Source: Eledone cirrhosa (lineage: Eukaryota). From it: DNA of 64,000 bases. A program made the position numbers and the translations under genes. The notes beneath the pieces were generated by a model. That model did not search any database. It was not told where the DNA came from and saw only the letters and a program-made list of their open reading frames with translations. Each line of letters starts with the position of its first letter. The stretch's first letter is position 1. Shown in pieces: positions 54,419 through 64,000 of this stretch. The DNA lies in the NCBI GenBank assembly GCA_964016885.1, contig OZ024740.1, forward strand, positions 294,996,001-295,060,000, written 5' to 3'.

Positions 54419-54661
54419 ATTAAAGGTGGAAAACTGAGAGAGGGCACTTGCCCTGGTGGTCAGGTCCACTGTGGTCTTTTAATGGGCTTTCTCCACAAAT
54501 GTCCCTCGGAAGTCTCCCCCCTATTGGGGAATTTTTTCTTTGCTATTTTATTTCAACCTCTGTTTTTTTACACGCAGAAATGCCCATTTGTACCGTCCTG
54601 TATTGTCCTGTACTGTCCTTAATGTCTACTTTATGTGAACCCTTGTGGTTAATAATGAAAA

Positions 54662-54708
<47 letters not shown>

Positions 54709-54937
54709 GGACGGTGAATTGGCAGAATCGATAGAGCGACGGACAATATGTTTCACAACTTAAAGTTACGGCTCTTTGCGTTCTGAGTTCAAATCCTGCC
54801 GAGGTTAGCTTTGCCTTTAATTCTTTTGGGGTCGATAAAATAAAGCACCAGTATTACACTGGGGTCGATTTAATCGACCCCCCCCCCCATTAATTGCTGG
54901 CCTTGTGCCTATAGTAGAAATCATTATTATTATTATT
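54709..54937 (+). mobile_element. tRNA-derived SINE, full length
   Basis: ggacggtgaattggcagaatcgatagag...gagttcaaatcc...ggccttgtgcctatagtagaaatcattatt. Confidence 0.92.
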
Positions 54938-54974
54938 TCCTACTGCTACTGCTGTTGTTGCTGTTGCTTTTATT

Positions 54975-55166
54975 GGTGGATTGGTTAAATCGTTAAAGCG
55001 TCAAACAAACACTTTGCGGTGTTTGTTCCGACTCTTTTACGTTCTGAGTTCAAATCCCACCGAGGTTAGCTTTGCCTTTAATCTTTACGGGGTCGATAAA
55101 ATAAAGTACCAGTATTGCACTGGGATAATTGCTGGCCTTGTGCCCAAAATAGAAACAATTATTACT
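54975..55166 (+). mobile_element. tRNA-derived SINE, short subfamily
   Basis: B box gagttcaaatccc, core ggggtcgataaaataaagtaccag, tail ccttgtgcccaaaatagaaacaattatt. Confidence 0.9.
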
Positions 55167-55496
55167 ATTGTCACTATTGATATTTTTTCTTATAATACTG
55201 TTTCAAAAACTTTTGTTTGCCAAGCACACACATATATATATATATACATAAAATATATTAAACTTAAGTCAAAATCTCAATTTGGCGGGATATAAGCTAG
55301 ATTGGCTAAATAAGTCGGTTTTACTTTCCCAACCATGCTTTCTGGAACTCAAGAAACAACATTACTCATTCCAAGACATTGGAATAACTAATATTGGAAT
55401 AATTTCAATTTTTTCCTCAGGAGGAGAATTCTTACTTAGGAATAAGGGGACAGGTTGAATATATATCATACATATCACGCCGTTACCATTATTGTT

Positions 55497-55676
55497 GTTG
55501 ATTGGCAGTCTCGGTAGAGGGTCGGACGCCATGCATTGCAGCAGAGTTACGTCCCTTTACGGACTGAGTTCAAATCCCACCGAGGTTAACTTTGCCTTTC
55601 ATCCTTACAGGGTCGATAAAATAAAGTACCAGTAATGTACTGGTTATTTGCTGGCCTTGTGCCAAAAGTAGAAACG
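55497..55676 (+). mobile_element. tRNA-derived SINE, short subfamily, 9-bp TSD
   Basis: TSD attattgtt at 55488-55496 and 55677-55685. Confidence 0.9.
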
Positions 55677-55832
55677 ATTATTGTTAAGATAATTTAGTCG
55701 ATTTTGGCTGCTATTTCCAACGTCAATATAAGCCCGTCGTATTGTCCTAATATATTAAGTGGGATATATTCATATAGTAATTCAGCGAAGCAACACGTTG
55801 TTCACCATGAGGTCTACTAACGGTACGGTATA

Positions 55833-56838
55833 TCTGTATATATATAAAATTAAGTATGTGTGTGTGTGTCTGTGTATTACCTATAGGGGCCTACATCTTA
55901 CGACCGATTTTCATGAAACTTTACAGGCTCATAGATTAGTCATCGTGGAGTGTTTTCTATATATCAGTGTATCGTTTTTTTTTTTTTATTCCGGGGTCAT
56001 TCTGCAGATACAAATCGATAGGTGGGAGGGGGTCACCTTTTTTAGGTATCGAAAAATAAGATTTTTGGCTCTAGCTCCCACATTTTGCCACCGATTTCGT
56101 TCAAATTTTAAAGCAAAATAGAATTTATCATTGCACATCCTGTAATACCTTTATATTTTGCATTTGTTGTTCAGGGACGCGTGGCAGCCGCTTAAATATT
56201 CAAAAATACCACTTTTAGACTCAAATTTCCACTTTTTCGGCTCTAGCTCCCAGAATTTTCAACCTACTTTGTTCAAACTTTACACTCCGCTAGATCTGAT
56301 TGTTTCACGTCTTAAAGTGGCTTTAGATTTTGGATTCTTTTGTTCAGCAACGGCGTGGCAGCCGCTTAAATATTCGAAAATACCACCTTTTCTCTCAAAT
56401 TTCCGCCTTTTCAGCTCTAGCTCCCACATTTTTCAACTGATTTCGTTCAAATTCGAAACTTCGGCTCCACCTCACACATAAATCAATTTATTTGGTTCAA
56501 CTTTTATACTACGATAGAACCTATTATAGATGGTCAAAGGCAAAACCATGACCACTGACGTCGTCTGAGCTTTTAGTTGTGTATTTGAGAATTCATCGGT
56601 TTCCAATTAAGTAGAGTGAGGAAATTTGGCTTCGTGTTTGAGGTCATTACCTCCCTCCCCCAGCATGCCCCTTCGTCAGTCACCCGCGTTTCTCAGTGAT
56701 AGAAGTCATCACCACCCCCTAGCATGGCCTGTGTGTGGCCATAGATGAGTCATCGAGAAGCAGTCGCTAAGATCAACACCTTTTCATCAAAGCAGATATT
56801 ATTTTACCTACCCAGGCAACGCTGGGTACTGCTGCTAG
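55833..56838 (+). mobile_element. Non-autonomous Helitron
   Basis: A|TCtgtatatatataaaa 5' end, (TG)n, internal repeats of about 173 bp, 3' hairpin tacccag-gcaacg-ctgggta (56809-56828) then CTAG|T; no TSD. Confidence 0.85.
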
Positions 56839-57852
56839 TATGATATATATTCATATAGTAAATCGATGATACAACACCCTGATCACCATGTGGTCTAGCA
56901 ACGAAATGTTATGTATGATATATTTTTAACATGTCGTCTTATTCCTAAGACAAATTCTTCCAATATTGGTTATTCCAATGTCTTGGTATGATTGATGTTC
57001 TTTCTTGAGTTTCAGAAACCATGGTCGAGGAAATGTATAAGTGAAACTGACTTATTTTAACCGATCTAGCTTATATCCCGCCAAATTGAGATTTTCGCTT
57101 AAGTTAAACTATTTTATTACTTCTCTTGGTAGATAATTTATCAATATATTTTATCCTTTCATTGAGATGTTTATGTACTAGAGACAATTAACTTTATAAA
57201 GTTATAAATTAATATATATATATATATATATACAAATGAATATATGAGAGGGATGAACACCGATACAAGTATACATGTGTTCGAATTGCAAAAGAACAAG
57301 TTAGCTAGGTTGAAAAATACTAATTTAAAATAATATGGTTTGTCTATCTCGATTTAAAGTAATAAACCAATAAAAATAACAAACCTATATTGGCAATGGC
57401 CGTGATACCCGGACAGATTCTAAATCTCTTTCGCAACAATTATTAAGTGAAAGTCACTATCCCTGTGCTCTTCTGCGGGTATCCAAGAAATTCGTACCTT
57501 TCACTTCAAAATACTTAAGAAGACTGAGAAATATGTGTTGTTGAACGCACATGTCATGCACATGTTGCGAAACAGATTTAGAATCTGTCCGGGTATCACG
57601 GCCATTGCCAATATAGGTTTGTTATTTTGAAAAATACTAATTTAAAATAATATGGTTTGTCTGTCTCGATTTAAAGTAATAAATCAATAAAAATAACAAA
57701 CCTATATTGGCAATGGCTCCATACGTAGAGCTAATTTTAGTCCCATAAAACCGGCTGCTATTTTTAGCGGCCCGAGTATGAGACGAGTTAGGCGCTGTGA
57801 CATGTGCGTTCAACAACATTTCGAGACTATTTCGAGTTTATAACTCAATATA

Positions 57853-57891
<39 letters not shown>

Positions 57892-57892
<1 letters not shown>

Positions 57893-58196
57893 TAGACTAC
57901 CCATGACCCGTTGGGTCACGTTCACTTAGAAATAATTTTTAAATAATTAAAATAATTAAAATATATTAAAATATAACCACTATCTCTTTCTCTCTATCTT
58001 TCTCTCTCTCTATTTATGAAGGTACCCGGAAAAACCCCGTATCTCGGGAACCCGTGCTCCAATTTATGCGGAACTTGTTTTATTCCATTTTTATTCCCAT
58101 TTGAGGGTCAACTTCCTTTCAAAGTATTTTCCCATTATGCGCCCCTTTGGCTGTATTACATTACAGACACGCAAGCAAGCAATCACAGAGTTTGAG

Positions 58197-58215
<19 letters not shown>
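57892..58215 (-). mobile_element. Short non-autonomous Helitron-like element
   Basis: a|CTAG at 57891-57895 next to hairpin tgaccc-gtt-gggtca; the far end agagtttgagtatt(at)n resembles a reversed Helitron 5' end. Confidence 0.6.
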
Positions 58216-58236
<21 letters not shown>

Positions 58237-58307
58237 AAAAAGAGATGAAATCGAAAATGCAACTGGAGTCTTATTTAAAAAAAATATATATATATATTTA
58301 TTTGGTT

Positions 58308-58345
58308 CCTTTACCGGTTTCGCAGTTCTTCTGCTTTTCAAAAGG
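58308..58345 (-). ncRNA. Minimal type I hammerhead ribozyme in the inverted pLTR
   Basis: Exact reverse complement of 62725-62762. Confidence 0.8.
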
Positions 58346-58905
58346 TGAGTTGAGATGGAGGGTCTGTGGTTTTTCTCACATCTGGTTGGTCTCTGAATGT
58401 TACTTGTTTTATATGGAAAAAGTGGCTCGAAATGCCAGGTTTTTCGAGAAGTAATTTGATTGGTTTGTCAATAATTATAATAAATTTCGCGCCAGTTCGC
58501 ACAACAAATAACAAAAAAAGTAACAAAACATCCAACATACCCCCAGAAAAACTATAACGATAATCCCAGAAACCATAGACAAAACTATAATCCTACTAAC
58601 AAAAACCAAAGATCCCCGAACACAAGGCAGGACCTGATCCGCAGATCACAACTCACACAAAACCTATTCCAAAACCGTAGACCCCTGCCCACACAGAGCC
58701 TGTTCCCAAACCGTAGATCCCAACCCACACAAAGGAACAAAATCTACAACCCGGACTATCAACAAACCGAACCTCAATACGTCCGAAACTTCTATACAAG
58801 ACCACACAACAACAGGGGAAATACCATTAGATATAATAATACCATTGAAAAAACATTCCAGATAAATCATTTTTTAGACCAACGCTACAGGACTCACGAC
58901 ACCCG

Positions 58906-61175
58906 GTGGCACAAACCGATTTTGAAAAACCGAAAATAATTAACCTTTCAAATACAAACCTCTCAGCCCAACAAGTAAAAATTCTCTCCAAAGGACTGAA
59001 ATTAACACCAACACCACAATACTCTAACCCCAATGAGATAAATGACGATATCTCACACTTCTGTAGAAAATTACGTCTCACAGAGGAATTCTTTGACAAG
59101 GAGAATAACGACGAATCAATTGTACGGAATAAAAGCAGCTACAACCCAACAAAAGGTAGAAACAGAGTTCTGGACAAATTTTGTGATCACATAGCTACCT
59201 TCCCATACCATGAACTACTGCAACCTAAACCCAAACCCAACACGAGTCGAAGGGAATGGGAGATTATCCATGAACTAAAAAACAATACGGACATTATAAT
59301 TAAGGAAGCGGTCAAGGGAAGTACTGTTGTCATTATGGAGGCTGAAAAATATAAAAATTCTATGTTCTCTCTCTTACAAAATACTAATTACTATGAAAGA
59401 GTAAAAAACTACCAGCAATCAAAAATAATGACCAAATTAAACACACTGATTTATCGATACCAGGAAGACCTAACTAAAAAGGAACGCGATTATTTAACAC
59501 ATTTTGAATACAAAACCAGCAACCTTTACGGACTTCCGAAGATCTACAAGTGTAAAATAATCAACGATGCCTGTAAACAATCCACCTCAGCCTGCGTGAA
59601 CACACAATACCCCACATACCTTAAATTAAGACCAATTGTAGCGGGCCCACAATGTGAAACACACAGACTGAGCAACTTTATAGACATACTACTGAAGCCA
59701 ATACTGAAACACATACCAAGCCTTGTAAGAGACGATCTGGACCTCTTAAATCACCTCCCCAAACATGTCAACAACGACACTATTATTGTGTCTTTCGATG
59801 TAGTGAATCTCTACACAACGATCCCACACCAATACGGACTAGAAGCAATAGGATTCTGGCTAGAGAAATATCCCAATGAGATACCTGACAGAATAGAAAA
59901 AAGCTTCATCACCGAGGGATTAAAATTCATCTTACAGAACAACTTTTTTGATTTCGATGGCAATACTTACAAGCAAATATCAGGGACTGCGATGGGTACA
60001 AAAGCCGCTCCAACTTATGCCAACTTAGTCATGGCATACTTAGAAGTCCAGATATATGAACAGTCCAAATCAAAATACGGATTGAACTTCCACAAATATT
60101 TATCAGAGAATTGGAAACGCTACTTGGATGATTGCCTCATTCTTTGGTCCCACACACTCGACCAACTGAAGGATTTCAAAAACTTAATAAACGGCATCAA
60201 TAACCACATCCAATTCACAATGGAATACAGCCACGATCAACTCCCATTTCTGGACATCTTAATCTTAAAAAAAGACACAAATATCGAAACTGACATACAC
60301 TACAAACCAACAGATTCCAAACAATATCTGCTATTCACCTCCAACCATCCAAAGCACACGAAGACGAACATTCCTTTTAACCTAGCAAGAAGAATTTGCA
60401 CAATTGTCTCCAATTATGAAACGCGAAATAAAAGACTTCAAGAATTAAAGGAAATTCTACTCGAGAGAGAGTACCCACTATTACTAATAAATAATGGAAT
60501 AGAAAGGGCTAAAGCAATAGGCATTGATGAATTACGGAAACAGAAACAAATTCAAGGTAGTCCAATATTCTATCATATATCTCAACACACAACCCAAGAA
60601 ATGCGGAAGCTTACAACACTATTCACAAGAACATCCCACTACTAAAACAAAACCCAAGAATGAAAAAAGCCCTTGAAACACACAAAATAATCAAAAGCAA
60701 AAGACAACCAAAATCACTGAAAACATTACTCACCAATGCCAAATTACCTACCACAAACCCACAACCAAGTATCAAAAAATGTGGTCGCTCTAATTGTGGA
60801 ACCTGCACTCACCTCATTGAAGGCAACACGTATACATTTAAATCAGGACAAAATTTTACTGTAAAAAATCACTTCACTTGCTCATCAAAAAATCTAATTT
60901 ATGCCATTAAATGTAAAGGATGCAATGAAGATTATATAGGACAAACTAAACTCACACTCAGAAACAGAATGACAGTTTATCGCCAACAATTACGAGATCC
61001 AACCACGAGACAGATACCACTAAGTGCACATCTAGACATTTGCGCAAGTAATAAGACACCCAAATTCCAAGTCTTCCCATTTTACCTGTGCGCTAACAAT
61101 ACAACAGAACAAATACGAATAAATAAGGAAAATATGTTTATTCAAAAATATAGACCAGCATTAAATATGGTTTAA
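58906..61175 (+). pseudogene. Penelope-like reverse transcriptase plus GIY-YIG endonuclease, one frameshift near 60560
   Basis: LYGLPKI, LRPIV, SFDVVNLYT, QISGTAMGT..APTYANL, RYLDD, LPFLDI; linker CGRSNCGTC; NLIYAIKC..C..DYIGQT...R. Confidence 0.93.
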
Positions 61176-62158
61176 TATACATTATGTCAACACCATAATA
61201 TGACATACACACACACACATAACACCTTCTACTTTAGAAAATAAAACCCGAACTAAATAAACCTTAACATACGTTTGCACTGACAATACAACAGAACAAA
61301 TACGAATAAGTAAGGAAAATATGTTCATTCAAAAATATTCCTACTAAAGGAATCATTTTCCTACACACACACACACACACACAATATATATATATATTCT
61401 CTTCATCTTAACATGATAACCATACTCCCACACACATAACACCCATACACACACATAACAACCCCCCACACCCACATCTCCCTCCCCCATTTCTACTAAT
61501 AGAACCACTTTCCTACACACATATATACACACACAAAATATATATTCTCTCCATCTTAACATACTCGCACACACACACATAACACCCATATACACACACA
61601 CACAACTCCCTCCCCCATTTCTACTAATAGAATCATCTTCCAATACACACATACACACACACACACACACACACAAGCACACAAATAAACATACATATCT
61701 TTACTTCAATAGAAAATCTGAACTCTGACACCCCAGCGAACTAACCATATTCACTGAACCAGAACAATTCTCCCAATCCCATTTCTCTTGACCACTATCT
61801 TTCCCTTGTCATAACATTCTCTATAAAGGCTACAGAATAGATTTCCAAATAAGGACGCAAAAATGTAATGAAAACTTGTTCACGTGACAGCCAAATTTCA
61901 TTTATAACCAATCAAATCACGTTTATTAAAAAAAAGCCTTCGTGAGCCACCTTTTTTTAAGTAAAGAAATTCAAACACACACACACACACAACACACACA
62001 CGCACACACACACAAGCACACAAATAAACATACATATCTTTACTTTCTTTATTCAATAGAAAATCTGAATTCTGACACCCCAGCGAACTAACCATATTCA
62101 CTGAACCAGAACAATTCTCCCATCCCTTTCTCTTGACCATTATCTTTCACTTATCATA

Positions 62159-62338
62159 TGTGAATTGGCAGTATTGGTAGAGGGTTGGACATGCTTTCTA
62201 GCATAGAGTTACGTCCCTTTACGATCTGAGTTCAAATCCCGCCGAGGTTAACTTTGCCTTTCATCCATATGGGGTCGATAAAATAAAGTACCAGTAATGT
62301 TCTGGGTAATTGCTGGCCTTGTGCCAAAAGTAGAAACA
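62159..62338 (+). mobile_element. tRNA-derived SINE inserted in the Penelope 3' region, 20-bp TSD
   Basis: TSD attatctttcacttatcata at 62139-62158 and 62339-62358; an empty-site paralogue lies at about 61794-61815. Confidence 0.93.
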
Positions 62339-62724
62339 ATTATCTTTCACTTATCATAAAATTCTCTAAAAAGGCTACAGAATGGATTTCCAAATAAGGG
62401 CACGAAAATTTAATGAAAACTTGTTCACGTGACAGCCATAATTTCATTTATAACCAACCAAAAAAAAGCCTTCGTGAGCCCCTTTTTTCAAGTAAAAAGA
62501 AATTCAAACACTCATATATGAAAAAAAAACCTGTGACAACCCCCCTCTTATTTGAAGAACTATTGTAACGCGAACTGGCGCGAAATTTATTATAATTATT
62601 GACAAACCAATCAAATTACTTCTCGAAAAACCTGGCATTTCGAGCCACTTTTTCCATATAAAACAAGTAACATTCAGAGACCAACCAGATGTGAGAAAAA
62701 CCACAGACCCTCCATCTCAACTCA

Positions 62725-62762
62725 CCTTTTGAAAAGCAGAAGAACTGCGAAACCGGTAAAGG
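62725..62762 (+). ncRNA. Minimal type I hammerhead ribozyme, U3-A8 core variant
   Basis: CCTT (stem I) TTGAAAA (core) GCAG-aagaa-CTGC (stem II) GAA ACCGGT (palindromic stem III) A AAGG (stem I); predicted cleavage after GUA at 62758. Confidence 0.82.
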
Positions 62763-62891
62763 AACCAAATAAATATATATATTTAAAAAAAAAATAAGAC
62801 TCCAGTTGCATTTTCGATTTCATCTCTTTTTCTTTATACTTTCACTCGTGTAGGACACCGGTTATTTTTCATTTTGTAAAAAAAACCTCAC

Positions 62892-62998
<107 letters not shown>

Positions 62999-63350
62999 AT
63001 TTTTATAGTATTTTTATAGTATATTATACGTAGATAGTATAGTGAAAATATAACAAATAATTCCGTAGTCATTGTGTTTGTATTTCAGAATCTGCGCATG
63101 TAATTTTTATCATTTCAAAAATAAAAACAAAACACTTTTAAGCAAGTAATTAACACAAACTATTCATACAACAACGGATAATAACAAACAAACAACAACT
63201 GATTAAATAGCCTTGAATTATATGTTAATGTTTTATTTGTCTATTTTTCCGTTGCTAGGGTCCAACAGGAAAGCCTATTAAGATGTAAATTACCTAAATT
63301 CAAGAGCTTGAGTCTTCCGTGTTGCTTAGTGAACAGTTCATTATAATAAT

Positions 63351-63449
63351 TGTTTCTACTTTTGGCACAAGGCCAGCAAGTACCCAGTACATTACTGGTA
63401 CTTTATTTTATCGACCCCGTATGGATGAAAGGCAAAGTTAACCTCGGCG
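63351..63449 (-). mobile_element. SINE, 5'-truncated, 9-bp TSD
   Basis: TSD tataataat at 63342-63350 and 63450-63458. Confidence 0.88.
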
Positions 63450-64000
63450 TATAATAATGAAAGTTTAAAAAAAACGCATTAAAGAAAGCATACTTTCTGT
63501 TTGGGAAGTATGTGCAGATTAATGTATTCATCTGAGTTGCCTTAACAAGCATAGTTTTAGTATTGAGAAACACTTAAGCAAAAAGGGAAAACATTTAGAT
63601 TAGGTCAGAAGAAGTAAGTCGTACTTGAAAACTTTTACAATACAGATCGTTTGCATATTTATATTTTTATGAATTTGTTACAAAAAAAAAAAAAATGTTA
63701 ATTTCAGGATTGTTTTAACTATGGACAGTCGATGGGGAAGAATGTGGAAATAATTGCACACAGAAAGAATGATTGAAATAATTAGAAAACTATAATTGGG
63801 TATTTGTTCACAGAACTGTATTAAATTTATACACTGTGGATATGTGGCGACAAACACACACACACACGCATTCAATAACCGATGATTATTGCTCTTCTCA
63901 TTTATACACAAATACTTTCACATACAAATACTCACACATACAAACTCGTGTTGTCATCTGCAATTAATAAAATGTACTACAATACCATCGATATGTGTGC

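Larger units (their letters stand above)
48852..54662 (+). mobile_element. L1/Tx1-type LINE copy 2, near full length (about 5.8 kb)
   Basis: 5' UTR, ORF1, ORF2, T-rich 3' UTR and an (ATT)15 tail at 54663-54708. Confidence 0.95.
55260..57105. mobile_element. Non-autonomous DNA transposon-like element with about 200-bp imperfect terminal inverted repeats
   Basis: aacttaagtcaaaatctcaatttggcgggatataagctagat... (55260-55475) is the reverse complement of ...atctagcttatatcccgccaaattgagattttcgcttaagtt (56910-57105). Confidence 0.75.

Noticed and set aside
45907-54469. Antisense and alternative-frame ORFs over Tx1 ORF2
   Set aside because: Shadow ORFs of GC-rich coding sequence, duplicated only because the element is duplicated.
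58366-58557. Duplicated 63/66-aa ORF MVFLTSGWSLNV... (also 62504-62704, minus strand)
   Set aside because: Antisense reading of the pLTR inverted repeat, not a gene.
63294-63496. Minus-strand exon-like stretch (cag acceptor, ATG, MLSLMRFF*TFII..., gtaatt donor) interrupted by a SINE
   Set aside because: In-frame stops plus the SINE insertion; cannot be told apart from chance without homologues.

Overview
Eukaryotic, repeat-dominated window; the SINE family and microsatellite load suggest a cephalopod (Octopus-like) genome, which is an inference. Bases 1-34720 are one strand-asymmetric 17-bp satellite (two main monomer types, a 3129-bp higher-order repeat), and all long ORFs there are artefacts. 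The remaining 29 kb are mostly mobile DNA: CRE, RTE and R4/Dong LINE fragments, ten tRNA-derived SINE copies or fragments, two tandem L1/Tx1-type LINEs (one near full length), a TIR element with a nested Helitron, and a Penelope-like element with inverted pLTRs carrying a U3-A8 variant minimal hammerhead ribozyme. Highlights: (i) a 13-kb nest of ten retroelements joined at (ATT)n tracts with a clade-specific orientation rule; (ii) a 3'-terminal motif shared at identical spacing by the SINE and the Tx1 LINE, suggesting a SINE/LINE partnership; (iii) a candidate minus-strand host gene with a signal-peptide exon at 36190-36290 that the ORF track misses. All calls are by eye; no database search was run.
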